DNA from: Myxococcota bacterium
GTDB taxonomy: Bacteria; Myxococcota_A; Polyangia; Polyangiales; Sandaracinaceae
Length of the DNA stretch: 64,000 nucleotides
Direction: 5' to 3'
Assembly: GCA_036149055.1 (NCBI GenBank)
Contig: JAYZQJ010000248.1
Location: 16,853-80,852, forward strand
Both the position numbers and the translations under genes were made by a program. Position 1 is the stretch's first letter. Each line of letters starts with the position of its first letter. This document shows positions 30,744-44,005 of the stretch, one piece after another. The notes below the pieces were generated by a model. The model searched no databases. It was not told the DNA's origin and was given only the letters and a program-made list of their open reading frames with translations.

Positions 30744-30940
30744 GGCCGCGCCCCCGTGCAACCCACGTGCCCCCACCGCCGGCGGCGCCAGCGAGCCCGT
30801 CCGAGAACCGGGCTTCACGGTTCGGCGTGTCGGGGGCGCCCGCCGTTCACGATCGCTGGCACACCTCGCGTGATCGTCCCCGGGCGTGGGCTGGTGACGC
30901 GGGCAGGTGGGAGCATGTGCTCGGAGACTGGGGGTCTCCG

Positions 30941-31429
30941 TTGCGGTTCGTCGTCTGCTGCGACATCCAGCGCCCGCCCGAAGACGTCTTCGCGTACCTG
31001 GAGCGCGTCGACGAGCAACCGCGCGCGCGCTTCTCGCTGGTGCCGCCGCCGATGGGATCGCCGCCGGCTCCCCGTCATCGGCCGGTCGGCGCCAAGCACC
31101 GCGAGATGGTGCAGCTGCTGCCCGCGGTCCGGACCGAGATCTGGGCCGAGCTGGTGCACCGCGACCCGCCCCACGCGCTCCGCTACCGCTGGGAGGGCGG
31201 CTACGTCAGCGGCGACCTCGACTACGTCATCCGCCCCACCCGCCACGGCAGCCGGCTCGAGCACGTGATGTCGCTGACCCTGGAGGGATCGCTCTCGGTC
31301 CTGGCCGCCCTCATCCGGCAGACCCTCTACAGCTCGATCGTCGCCCGGCTCGCCGCGGTCAAGACCGAGCTCGAGGGTCGGGTGAGCGCTGACACAAGTC
31401 AGCACAGCGGACCGTCGAACAGCCTGTGA
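30941..31429 (+). CDS. SRPBCC/START-family protein
   Basis: DIQRPPEDVFAYL...LAAVKTELE pattern; start uncertain. Confidence 0.65.
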   Translation: MRFVVCCDIQRPPEDVFAYLERVDEQPRARFSLVPPPMGSPPAPRHRPVGAKHREMVQLLPAVRTEIWAELVHRDPPHALRYRWEGGYVSGDLDYVIRPTRHGSRLEHVMSLTLEGSLSVLAALIRQTLYSSIVARLAAVKTELEGRVSADTSQHSGPSNSL

Positions 31430-31471
31430 CCGCAAGGGTTTTGGCTCAGTGCCAAAACGTGCCAAGCCGGG

Positions 31472-31499
31472 TTGACCCAGCCCTCCGGGTGCTTAGGTT
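31472..31499 (+). promoter_or_regulatory. Candidate sigma70-type promoter of clpB
   Basis: TTGACC-N16-TAGGTT about 20 nt before the ATG. Confidence 0.4.
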
Positions 31500-31520
31500 G
31501 AGCCCCAACCGGAGACACCC

Positions 31521-34121
<2,601 letters not shown>

Positions 34122-34133
34122 GCCCCGGCGAGA

Positions 34134-34535
34134 TCACGCGCGGAGGTGGTAGGTGAGCGCCTCCTCGAGGCAGGCCTCGAGGCAGGCGCGGGGGAGCGGG
34201 CCGTCGATCGGGACCCGCACCGCGCGGTTGCCCTCGTAGCTCAGGGCGTCGCCGAACCAGCTCCGGAAGGTCTCCACCAGAGTGGTGCGGCAGTGGAAGT
34301 AGAGCTGCACGTGCTCCGGCGTCGCCGGCTTCCAGCCGATGCGGACCGTGGTCCCGCTCCGGCTCTCCGCCGTCAGGTACGCGGGCTCGCCCCACTTGAG
34401 GGTCTCGGTCAGTCGCCCCACCTCCGAGCGCGACTCCGCGACCTCGAACACGAGCGAGCGGAGGGCGAGCGCGCGCTCCCGAGCCTCCGGCGGCATCCGG
34501 GCGAAGACCTCGGCCACCGGCGCGGGCGGGCTCAC
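34134..34535 (-). CDS. DUF1801-family protein
   Basis: ETLKWGEPAY, SGTTVRI, YFHCRTTLVETFR, YEGNRA. Confidence 0.85.
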   Translation of the reverse strand: MSPPAPVAEVFARMPPEARERALALRSLVFEVAESRSEVGRLTETLKWGEPAYLTAESRSGTTVRIGWKPATPEHVQLYFHCRTTLVETFRSWFGDALSYEGNRAVRVPIDGPLPRACLEACLEEALTYHLRA

Positions 34536-34678
34536 GGCGCCCTCTCGACCGGGATCGCGTGCAACGCCATTCCTCGTGTATGAACGGAAGCCTCCGGGTC
34601 CGCAACGGAGCATGGGAGCGCCCGAACCCCCGCGGCGGCTCGTCTTCCGGCTCCATCCCCTGCGGGAGCAACGCACCG

Positions 34679-35149
34679 ATGCGCCTCTTCGTCTCCGCCC
34701 TCGCCCTCACCTCCCTCCTCGCCGCGCCGGCCGCGGCCACGCCGAGCTCCGCGCTGCGGGAGGCGGACGTCGCGCTCCACGACGCCACCCTCGCAGGGCG
34801 GCGCCTCCTCCAGGTGCTCGACGAGACCCGGCGGAGCGGCGACCGCGCCCGGAGCCGCTGCGTGGACGTGAAGCTCAGCCAGGTGAACAGCTTCCAGCGC
34901 GTGCTGACCGAGCGCCGGGCCCGGCTGGCGGCGGCGATCGCTCGAGGCGACGAGGAGACGGCCCGCCACCACCGGGTGGTGATCCGGACCCTGCACCGTC
35001 AGCTCCGGGCCGCCGAGCGCGCCGGCCGCGCCTGCGTCATGCCCGAGGTCGAGGCCGACGGCCGCACGGTGGTCGAGGTGATCATCTCCCCGGACGTGCC
35101 CGACGAGGACCCCTCCATCCTCAGCGAGGAGGAGCGGCGTCGCCGTTGA
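34679..35149 (+). CDS. Secreted helical hypothetical protein
   Basis: Signal peptide MRLFVSALALTSLLAAPAAA; CVDVKL...RAC cysteine pair. Confidence 0.65.
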   Translation: MRLFVSALALTSLLAAPAAATPSSALREADVALHDATLAGRRLLQVLDETRRSGDRARSRCVDVKLSQVNSFQRVLTERRARLAAAIARGDEETARHHRVVIRTLHRQLRAAERAGRACVMPEVEADGRTVVEVIISPDVPDEDPSILSEEERRRR

Positions 35150-35226
35150 TCCCCTCGACTTCGCTTGTCGCTTGCACCGCCGTCCGGGGCGTGCCACCTT
35201 CCGCGGCCCCAAAGGACAGTGTGACC

Positions 35227-35502
35227 ATGAGCAACGGTTCTTCGAGCAACTCGAACAGTCCCTCCTCCTCGCAGCAGGCGCCCGACGCGGTGCAGGTGAA
35301 GCCGGTCGAGGTCGTCGTCGGTGAGAAGGGCGTCGAGCGCGCCATCAAGCACCTCAAGCGCAAGATGGCCTCCGAGGGCATCCTCCGGGAGCTCAAGCGC
35401 CGCCGGCACTACATGAAGCCGTCGGTGCGCAAGCGTAAGAAGGAGTCCGAGGCGGCTCGTCGTCGCCGCAAGCGCGAGAAGCAGCTCGGCGGCGGCCGCT
35501 GA
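35227..35502 (+). CDS. rpsU: 30S ribosomal protein bS21
   Basis: VERAIKHLKRKMASEGILRELKRRRHYMKPSVRKRKK. Confidence 0.92.
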   Translation: MSNGSSSNSNSPSSSQQAPDAVQVKPVEVVVGEKGVERAIKHLKRKMASEGILRELKRRRHYMKPSVRKRKKESEAARRRRKREKQLGGGR

Positions 35503-35530
35503 GCTCGCGCCGCTCGAAGGAGCGGCTCCC

Positions 35531-35570
35531 GCGAAACGACCCTGTGAGGCCTCGCCTCGCGGGGTTTTCG
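35531..35570. terminator. Probable bidirectional terminator between rpsU and glgC
   Basis: CCCTGTGAGGC / GCCTCGCGGGG stem flanked by GCGAAA and TTTTCGC. Confidence 0.55.
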
Positions 35571-35574
35571 CAAT

Positions 35575-36837
35575 TCACTCGCCCGGGATCTGCCAGGGGC
35601 GTCGCTTGGTGTGGACGCAGAGACCGGAGGGGACCTCCGTCACCTCGAGGTCCTCGGGCACCACGTCGTGGGCCACCTCGCCGCCGGGGTGCACGACGAA
35701 GCCGTCCGGGAGCTGCGCGCCCTTGCCGATCACCGAGAGCGCCGCGTCGCCGCCCCGACCCACCCGGGCGCCGTGGCCGAGCTTCGCCCGCTTGTCGACG
35801 ATCGCGCGCTCGACGAGGGCGCCGTCACCGATCCAGGTGTCGTTGAGCACGATCGAGTCGCGCACCGTCGCGCCCTTGCGGATCCGGACGCCCGGGCCGA
35901 GCACGCTCCGCTCCACGGTCGCGTCCTCGTCGATCACGCAGCCGTCGCAGACCAGGCTGTCGACGATGTTGGCCTTCCCGAGGCGGGCCGGCGCCCGGTT
36001 CTCGCTGCGGGTGTGGATGAGCCAGCCGACGTCGTTCAGGTCGTAGGCGGGCGGCTGGGCGAGCAGGTCCATGTGCGCGTCCCAGTAGGACTCGAGCGTG
36101 CCGACGTCGCGCCAGTAGCCGTGGTAGGGCCAGGTGAAGACCTTCTCCCCGTCCGCGATCATCTTCGGGAGGATGTTCTTTCCGAAGTCGTGGTCGGAGT
36201 CCTCGCGGTGGTGATCCTCGATCAGCACCCGGTCGAGCACGTCGTAGTCGAAGACGTAGACCCCCATCGAGCCCATGCCGGGCGGCGGCTCCTTGGGCTT
36301 CTCGACGAAGCTCGTGGCCCAGCCGCCGTCGTCGGTGCCCACGATGCCGAAGCGCGGCGCCTCCTCGGGCGTGACCGGGATGGTCGCCAGGGTCACCGCC
36401 GCTCCGGACGCCTCGTGCGCGTCGATGAAGTGGCGGTAGTTCATCCGGTAGATGTGATCGCCGCTGAGGACGAGCACGAGATCGGGCTTGCGATCCTTGA
36501 TGAACAGGAAGTTCTGTTGCACCGCGTCGGCGGTGCCGACGAACCAGTCGGCGAGCTCGCGGGAGCGGTAAGGCGTGTAGATCCGGACGCCGCCCCAGCG
36601 CTCGCGGTTGAGGTCCCAGGGGCCGCCGCCGCCGATGTGCTCGATGAGCGAGTGCGGCCGATACTGGGCCACGATCATCACGTCGAAGAGACCGGAGTTG
36701 ACGCAGTTCGAGAGCGCGAAGTCGATGATCCGGTACTTCCCCGCGAAGGGGACCGCGGGCTTGGTGCGCTTCGCGGTGAGGATGCCGAGACGCGAGCCTT
36801 CGCCGCCCGCCAGGATGATCGCCAGGACTTTCTTCAT
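35575..36837 (-). CDS. glgC: Glucose-1-phosphate adenylyltransferase
   Basis: ILAGGEGSRL, KPAVPFAGKYRIIDF, GTADAV, SGDHIY, YWRDVGT. Confidence 0.96.
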   Translation of the reverse strand: MKKVLAIILAGGEGSRLGILTAKRTKPAVPFAGKYRIIDFALSNCVNSGLFDVMIVAQYRPHSLIEHIGGGGPWDLNRERWGGVRIYTPYRSRELADWFVGTADAVQQNFLFIKDRKPDLVLVLSGDHIYRMNYRHFIDAHEASGAAVTLATIPVTPEEAPRFGIVGTDDGGWATSFVEKPKEPPPGMGSMGVYVFDYDVLDRVLIEDHHREDSDHDFGKNILPKMIADGEKVFTWPYHGYWRDVGTLESYWDAHMDLLAQPPAYDLNDVGWLIHTRSENRAPARLGKANIVDSLVCDGCVIDEDATVERSVLGPGVRIRKGATVRDSIVLNDTWIGDGALVERAIVDKRAKLGHGARVGRGGDAALSVIGKGAQLPDGFVVHPGGEVAHDVVPEDLEVTEVPSGLCVHTKRRPWQIPGE

Positions 36838-38270
36838 GCCTTCTTCCGCGCCCGACCCGCGGCCAGGCGTTCGTAGAGCCGAACGTAATCACACGCCGAC
36901 GCTTTCCAGGACCAATCGGCGCGCATCCCGCGATCGACCAGCGCGCGCCAGCGCGGGCGACCGAAGAGCGCGAACGCGCGGCGGAGCGCGAACGCCTGAC
37001 TGGCGGGGGTGGCCACCGGGAAGAGGATCCCGGTCGCGTCCTCGCTGAGGTCGGCGTCCTTCACGGTGTCCGCGAGCCCGCCCGTCTCGCGCGCGACCGG
37101 GACGCAGCCGTACCGCATCGCGATCATCTGGGTCATGCCGCAGGGCTCGTAGCGGCTCGGGATCGCGAGGCAGTCCGCCCCGGCGTAGATGCGGCGCGCG
37201 AGGGCCTCGTCGAAGCCGATCCGCACGCGGACCCTGTCGGGCAGCTCGGCGGCCAGCGCCTGGCAGTCCCGCTCGATGCCCGGGTCGCCGGTGCCGAGGA
37301 TCACCGCCTTCCAGGGCAGCGCCGTGAGCTGCCGGAGCGCCTCGATCACGAGGTCGACGCCCTTCTGCGCCACGAGCCGGCTCACCACCGCGAGGAGCGG
37401 CGCCTCGTCGTCGGGCAGGCCCAGCTCCGCGTGGAGCGCGGCCCGACAGGTGGCGCGGCCGCTCAGGTCGTCCGCGGAGTAGGGCGCGGCGATCGCCGCG
37501 TCGTGGCTCGGGTCCCAGCGCTCCACGTCGAGACCGTTGCGGATGCCGGTGAGATCGGCGCGTCGTTCGCGCAAGAGGTGCTCGAACCCGCAGCCGTGCT
37601 CGGCGGTGAGCATCTCGCGGGCGTAGCCCTCGGAGACCGTGGAGAGCCCGTCCGCGGCCGCCAGCCCGAGCACCAGCGGGATGAAGCGGTGCCCGTAGGC
37701 GACCCGCGGGTCCTCGGTGCCGCCGATCCCGTAGGCGTGGAGCGCCGCGTCGGCGCCCTGCCCGCTGTAGGGGAGGTTGTGCACGCTCAGCAGGCTCGCG
37801 ATCGGCGCGAGGTCCGGGTCACCCGGCCGCCGCCGCGCCAGCACGTGCGGCGCCACCGCGGTGTGCCAGTCGTGGCAGTGCAGGACGTCGGGCCGCCACT
37901 CGAGGCGACGGCAGAGCTCGAGCGCGGCGAGCGAGAAGAAGACGAAGCGCTCGCCCTCCTCGTCCATGCGCCCGGTGTAGACCACGCCCTCGTCGGGGAT
38001 GGGCGGCCCGGCGATCAGGTACGCCGGGACTCCGTCCAGCTCGCTCTCCCAGAGGGTCGCGTGCTGGGGCCCGCCCCCGTGGCCGATGGCGAACGAGGTG
38101 ACGCGGCGAGGGCTCGGCGCCTTCCGCAGGAGCCCCGCGTGGGCCGGCACGCAGACCCGCGCGTCGACGCCCTCGCCCCGCAACACCCGAGGCAGAGAGC
38201 CGACCACGTCCCCCAGGCCGCCGACCTTGGCCCACGGCGCGACCTCGCTCGCGACGAAAAGCACACGCAT
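36834..38270 (-). CDS. glgA: Glycogen synthase
   Basis: SEVAPWAKVGGLGD, HCHDWH, HNL, SRLVAQKG, PSRYEPCG, TGGLADTV. Confidence 0.95.
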   Translation of the reverse strand: MRVLFVASEVAPWAKVGGLGDVVGSLPRVLRGEGVDARVCVPAHAGLLRKAPSPRRVTSFAIGHGGGPQHATLWESELDGVPAYLIAGPPIPDEGVVYTGRMDEEGERFVFFSLAALELCRRLEWRPDVLHCHDWHTAVAPHVLARRRPGDPDLAPIASLLSVHNLPYSGQGADAALHAYGIGGTEDPRVAYGHRFIPLVLGLAAADGLSTVSEGYAREMLTAEHGCGFEHLLRERRADLTGIRNGLDVERWDPSHDAAIAAPYSADDLSGRATCRAALHAELGLPDDEAPLLAVVSRLVAQKGVDLVIEALRQLTALPWKAVILGTGDPGIERDCQALAAELPDRVRVRIGFDEALARRIYAGADCLAIPSRYEPCGMTQMIAMRYGCVPVARETGGLADTVKDADLSEDATGILFPVATPASQAFALRRAFALFGRPRWRALVDRGMRADWSWKASACDYVRLYERLAAGRARKKA

Positions 38271-38302
38271 CGAAGACGGGTGTACCCGATCCACGCGCTC
38301 GC

Positions 38303-38866
38303 TCAATCCTCCACGCGGAGGCGGACGGGGCCGAACTTCGCCGGGAACTTTCCTTGCTTTCCTTCGTAGAAGTCGCGGATCCGGTCCATGTCCTCGCGGA
38401 TGTTGCCCGTCGGCACGAAGGCGAGGCCGAAGCCGCCGCGCTTGCGCGCGTAGTCGAGGTAGCCGCAGACGATCGGCACCTTCGCGGTGAAGGCGATTTG
38501 ATAGAAGCCGCTCTTCCAGTGCTCGGTCCGGCTGCGCGTCCCCTCGGCCGGCACGGTGAGCACGAGGTCCTCGTGCTGCTCGAAGAGCGCGGCGAGCTGC
38601 TCGACCCGGTTCTGGCGCTCGTGACGCACGATGGGCACGCCGCCGAGGAGGCGCATGACCGGGCCGAACGGGGGCCGGAAGAGCGTGTGCTTCCCCGCCC
38701 AGCGGATGGGCACGTCGTAGACGTAGGACAGGGCCAGCGTGAAGGGCAGGTCCCAGTTGCTGGTGTGCGGCGCGGCGATGAGCACGAACGAGGAGGCCTC
38801 GGGCGCCTCGCCCTCTTCGCGCCATCCGAAGGCCCGCAGCCACGCGCGGCCGATGAGTCGCTTCAC
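38303..38866 (-). CDS. PlsC-family acyltransferase
   Basis: AAPHTSNWD, PAEGTR, WKSGFY. Confidence 0.88.
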   Translation of the reverse strand: MKRLIGRAWLRAFGWREEGEAPEASSFVLIAAPHTSNWDLPFTLALSYVYDVPIRWAGKHTLFRPPFGPVMRLLGGVPIVRHERQNRVEQLAALFEQHEDLVLTVPAEGTRSRTEHWKSGFYQIAFTAKVPIVCGYLDYARKRGGFGLAFVPTGNIREDMDRIRDFYEGKQGKFPAKFGPVRLRVED

Positions 38867-38898
38867 GGGTTTCAAGGTGCTGCTCGGCGCCGACTGTA

Positions 38899-39597
38899 TC
38901 AGAAGGCCAGCACCACGCCCCCGCCGAGATCGCGGAACGAGGCCTGCGAGAAGCGATGGAGGGCGGCCGGCCGGCCCCGGCCCTCGCGGCGCTCCTCGCC
39001 GGTGGGCTCGACGATGTCGAGCGCCAGGATCTTCCGGCGGAAGTTCCGCTTGTCGAGCGCGCGGTCGAGGATGACCTCGTAGACCTCCTGCAGCTCGCTC
39101 AGGGTGAAGCTCTCCGGCAGGAGCTGGAAGGCGACCGGCGCGTACTCGGTCTTGTAGCGGAGGCGCTCGAGCGCGTAGTCGACGATGCGCCGGTGGTCGA
39201 AGGCGAGCTCGGGCAGGTCGGAGACGTCGAACCAGCCCACCTCGGTCGCGTCGGTCCCGGCGCGGGGCGAGAGCGAGCGGGCGTCGATCAGCGCGAAGTA
39301 GGCGACGGTGATCACCCGCCGCGCCGGGTCGCGCTCCACGTCGCCGAAGGTGTAGAGCTGCTCGAGCCATCGCACCGAGACCCCCGCCTCCTCGGCGAGC
39401 TCGCGGCGGGCGGCGGCGTCGAGGCTCTCGTCGACCCGGACGAAGCCGCCGGGCAGCGCCCACTCCCCCTCGAACGGCGGCAGGTCGCGCCGGACGAGCA
39501 GGACGCGGAGCGCGCGGCCCTCGATGGTGAAGAGGATGACGTCGACGGTGACCGACGGCTGCGGGTGCGAGCGAGGATCGTAGGCCTGCTTCGACAT
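38899..39597 (-). CDS. nrtR: NrtR regulator (Nudix domain plus winged HTH)
   Basis: WALPGGF...AARRELAEE Nudix box; FTLSELQEVYE, DKRNFRRK, GRPA; lies directly after pncB. Confidence 0.9.
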   Translation of the reverse strand: MSKQAYDPRSHPQPSVTVDVILFTIEGRALRVLLVRRDLPPFEGEWALPGGFVRVDESLDAAARRELAEEAGVSVRWLEQLYTFGDVERDPARRVITVAYFALIDARSLSPRAGTDATEVGWFDVSDLPELAFDHRRIVDYALERLRYKTEYAPVAFQLLPESFTLSELQEVYEVILDRALDKRNFRRKILALDIVEPTGEERREGRGRPAALHRFSQASFRDLGGGVVLAF

Positions 39598-39598
39598 C

Positions 39599-40972
39599 TC
39601 AGGACCGGGCCTCGTCGGGCGCGCGATCGGCGCGGATGGACTCGGCGAGGGCGCGCAGGCGAGGCCCGATCCGGGTCGGCGGGATGTCGAAGTCGTGGAG
39701 CCGCTTCAGCCCGGCCGGGAGCGACGCGAGGCCCTCGGCGCAGCGGGCCCGCGCGGCCTCGAGCGAGAGGAGCGCCTCGGGCGCGACCACCTCGCCGCCT
39801 CGCATCATCGGCGCGAGCAGGGGCGCGCCGGGCGCCTCGGCGGTCGCGACCTCGATGACGTCGCGCTTCAGGCGACCGCCCTCGATCTGCCGGAACACCT
39901 GCTTGGCGCCCGGCCAGGAGATCTTGCCTTCGGCCAGCTTCATGACCGGCGTGACCTCGCCGCCGACCTCGCGCTCGACCAGCTTGTAGACGCCCGAGAG
40001 CGAGGGCGCGTCCTTCGAGGTCACCAGCTCGGTCCCGACGCCGTAGCTGTCGATCGGGGCGCCAGCGGCGCGCATCGCCGCGATCTTGTCCTCGTTCAGG
40101 TCGCCCGAGGCGACGATCTTGGTCTGCCCGAGGCCCGCCTCGTCGAGGATCCCGCGGCAGCCCCGCGCCAGCTCGGCGAGGTCGCCCGAGTCGAGGCGGA
40201 CGCCCTTCAGGTCGGCGCCCACCGCGGTCGCGCGCCGGCACCCGCGGAGGGTGTCGTAGGTATCGATCAGGAGCACGCAGTGGTCGGGGTACATGCCGTG
40301 ATACGCCGCGAACGCGTCCTCCTCGCGGTCGAAGCTCATGATGAACGCGTGGGCCGCGGTGCCGCGCACCGGCACGCCGAGCTTCTGGCCGGCGAGCACG
40401 TTGGAGGTGCCGTCGAGGCCGGCGATCCAGCTCGCCCGGGTGGCCAGCATCGCCGCCCCGTAGCCGTGGGCGCGCCGCGGGCCGAAGTCGATCACCTGCG
40501 CGTCCCCGGCCGCGATCCGCACCCGGGCCGCCTTCGAGGCGATCAGGGTCTGGGCGTTGAGCGTCGCCAGCAGGTAGGTCTCGACGAGCTGGGCCTGCCA
40601 GAGCGGGGCCCGGACCCGGAGCACCGGCTCGTTGGGGAAGAAGACGGTGCCCTCCGGCATCGCGTCGACGTCGCCGGTGAAGCGGAAGTCCCGCAGCATG
40701 TCGAAGAAGCCGGGGTCGACGGAGCCGAACACCGGCAGGCGTCGCAGCCAGTCGATCTGCGCCTCGGTGAAGCGCAGGTCCTTCAGGTAGGCGAGGCCCT
40801 GCTCGAGCCCGGCGGCCACCAAGAAGCCCCGGAAGGCGGGCAGCCGCCGCACGAAGAGCTCGAAGGTCGCCGTCGTCTCCGGGTGATGCGCCCGGTACGC
40901 CGCCATCATCGTCAGCTGGTAGAGGTCGGTGGCGAGGGCCAGGTCGTCGTCCGCGGGCAGCAGGTGGTCCAT
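39599..40972 (-). CDS. pncB: Nicotinate phosphoribosyltransferase
   Basis: TDLYQLTM, DFGPRRAH, GTAAHA, LIDTYD, VRLDSGD, GVGTEL, VYKLVE. Confidence 0.94.
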   Translation of the reverse strand: MDHLLPADDDLALATDLYQLTMMAAYRAHHPETTATFELFVRRLPAFRGFLVAAGLEQGLAYLKDLRFTEAQIDWLRRLPVFGSVDPGFFDMLRDFRFTGDVDAMPEGTVFFPNEPVLRVRAPLWQAQLVETYLLATLNAQTLIASKAARVRIAAGDAQVIDFGPRRAHGYGAAMLATRASWIAGLDGTSNVLAGQKLGVPVRGTAAHAFIMSFDREEDAFAAYHGMYPDHCVLLIDTYDTLRGCRRATAVGADLKGVRLDSGDLAELARGCRGILDEAGLGQTKIVASGDLNEDKIAAMRAAGAPIDSYGVGTELVTSKDAPSLSGVYKLVEREVGGEVTPVMKLAEGKISWPGAKQVFRQIEGGRLKRDVIEVATAEAPGAPLLAPMMRGGEVVAPEALLSLEAARARCAEGLASLPAGLKRLHDFDIPPTRIGPRLRALAESIRADRAPDEARS

Positions 40973-40993
40973 TTAGTGTCTCCCGGACACATA
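40973..40993. promoter_or_regulatory. NrtR operator
   Basis: TTAGTGTCTCCCGGACACATA: GT-N7-AC palindrome with AT-rich flanks, immediately upstream of the pncB ATG. Confidence 0.8.
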
Positions 40994-41009
40994 ATGGATC
41001 TTCGCCGCC

Positions 41010-41735
41010 TCAGATGCAACGACCTTCGGGCACGCACCAGTCCGCGGTGTCCAGGCGCTCGCCGCGGGGGAGGATCACGAGCAGGAAGCGGCTGAGATAG
41101 ACGAGCACGCCGTCGTCTCGCTTGATCTGGTATCGAAACGGATAAGCGCGGGCGCAGCTGCGGGGGATGTTGGTGCCGAACGCGAAGCGGACCTCGTACA
41201 CGAGCTGGGTCCGCCCGAAGACGCCCACGATCTGGCCCGCCTCGGGGCGCACCTCGAACACGTTCTCCATCGGGACCGCGCCGACCGCCTGGCTGGACTC
41301 GAGGAAGTCGAGGGCCTCGATGTCGATGGGGTCGACGACCGGGAGCGACTCGAAGGCGGCGGTGAAGGTCTGCCCCTCCCCGCGCACGAGCCGCTCGATC
41401 CCGAGCTGGGTCGCGGCCGCCTCGGTCTCGGTCAGGAAGACCAGCTCGTCTCGCTCCGGGGAGCCGGGCTCGAGCGGCGAGAACCCGAAGTCGCGCTCCA
41501 CGCGGTCGGTGAGCCCGTCGCCGTCGGTGTCGGGCAGCGTCGGATCGGTGCCCCACGACAGCTCGGTCTCGTCGCAGAGCCCGTCACCGTCGGTGTCGAT
41601 GGGCTCGAACGGCGCGCCGTCACGCGCCGGTCCCGAGTCCGGCCGGGGAGGTGGCGGCTCGACCGACCCGGGGCACCCGGTGAGCGCGAGGCTCGAGAGC
41701 GCGAGGATCGCGGCGAATCGGCGAGGCCCCTCCAC
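41010..41735 (-). CDS. Lipoprotein with Ca-binding DTDGDGL (thrombospondin type 3-like) repeats
   Basis: Lipobox LTGC; DTDGDGLCD and DTDGDGLTD. Confidence 0.7.
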   Translation of the reverse strand: MEGPRRFAAILALSSLALTGCPGSVEPPPPRPDSGPARDGAPFEPIDTDGDGLCDETELSWGTDPTLPDTDGDGLTDRVERDFGFSPLEPGSPERDELVFLTETEAAATQLGIERLVRGEGQTFTAAFESLPVVDPIDIEALDFLESSQAVGAVPMENVFEVRPEAGQIVGVFGRTQLVYEVRFAFGTNIPRSCARAYPFRYQIKRDDGVLVYLSRFLLVILPRGERLDTADWCVPEGRCI

Positions 41736-41840
41736 CGCCGCAGTCTAGCTCCATTCTGGCTGACGCCAACGAGACGTCGGGGCGCCCGCGAGTGTGCAGC
41801 CTCACGGGCAGCGCCTCGCCAGCGGGGCTAGACACCTCAC

Positions 41841-42692
41841 ATGGCACTCAACCCGGACGCCGTGGGGACCAGGACCGAGCCGGTCGAGCATCCCTACGAT
41901 TGGCAGGACGCGGCGCTCTACGCGCTCGGCATCGGCGCGAAGGCCGATCAGCTGGACTTCCTCTACGAGAAGCGCGGGCCGAAGGTCTTCCCGACCTTCG
42001 CGGTGGTCCCCGCCTTCGAGGTCAACCGCAAGCTCTTCGACGTCGTCGGCGGCGACCTGAGCGGCGTGGTGCACGGGAGCCAGAAGATCACCTTGCACGC
42101 GCCCTTCCCCTCGAAGGCGACGCTCACCACGGTGGGCGAGGTCGCGGGCATCTACGACCTCAAGCGCATGGCGCAGTCGGTGATCCGCACCGAGACCCGG
42201 GACGACGAGGGCACGCTCCTCGCCGAGACCGAGTGGACGATCATGTACCTGAAGGACGGCGGCTTCGGCGGCGACCCGCCCCCGCGCTCGCCGAAGATCC
42301 GGCCGCCGGAGCGCGAGGCGGACTGGAAGGTCGAGGGCCCGACCTCGCCCGAGCAGGCGATCCTCTACCGGCTGGGCGGCCACGACTACAACCCGCTCCA
42401 CATCGATCCCGAGGCGGCGATGAAGGCGGAGAAGGTCACCCAGGGCCGGCCGATCCTGCACGGCCTCTGCACCTACGGCTACATCGGTCGCGCCATCGTC
42501 GAGCAGGAGTGCGGCGGCGACCCCGCCAAGCTGAAGACCTTCTACGGCCGCTTCAGCAAGCCCATCTGGCCGGGCGAGACCCTCGTCACCGAGGGCTGGC
42601 GCGAGGACGGCCGCCTCGTCGTGCGCGCGGCCACGAAGGAGCGGCCCGACGAGCACATCTTCACCAACGCCTACGCCGAGTTTTCTGGCTGA
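41841..42692 (+). CDS. MaoC-type (R)-enoyl-CoA hydratase, double hot-dog fold
   Basis: LYALGIG, YRLGGHDYNPLHIDP, PILHGLCTYG. Confidence 0.9.
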   Translation: MALNPDAVGTRTEPVEHPYDWQDAALYALGIGAKADQLDFLYEKRGPKVFPTFAVVPAFEVNRKLFDVVGGDLSGVVHGSQKITLHAPFPSKATLTTVGEVAGIYDLKRMAQSVIRTETRDDEGTLLAETEWTIMYLKDGGFGGDPPPRSPKIRPPEREADWKVEGPTSPEQAILYRLGGHDYNPLHIDPEAAMKAEKVTQGRPILHGLCTYGYIGRAIVEQECGGDPAKLKTFYGRFSKPIWPGETLVTEGWREDGRLVVRAATKERPDEHIFTNAYAEFSG

Positions 42693-42704
42693 TCGGAGAC
42701 CCCC

Positions 42705-43898
<1,194 letters not shown>

Positions 43899-43939
43899 TT
43901 CCTCGCACTTTCGCCCTCCCCGATCTGGTGTGACACTGG

Positions 43940-43980
43940 AAGGGTCTCGCGCGACCGGCGCGGGGCCCTTTCGCCTTTCT
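43940..43980 (+). terminator. Hairpin terminator after the thiolase
   Basis: AAGGGTCTCGCGC / GCGCGGGGCCCTT stem followed by a pyrimidine-rich tract. Confidence 0.5.
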
Positions 43981-44005
43981 GGGGCCTGCAGCTGAAGGAC
44001 AGCCG

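Noticed and set aside
31449..31466. Minus-strand sigma54 promoter TTGGCACGTTTTGGCA
   Set aside because: GG-to-GC spacing is 9 rather than 10, and it would point antisense into the SRPBCC gene.
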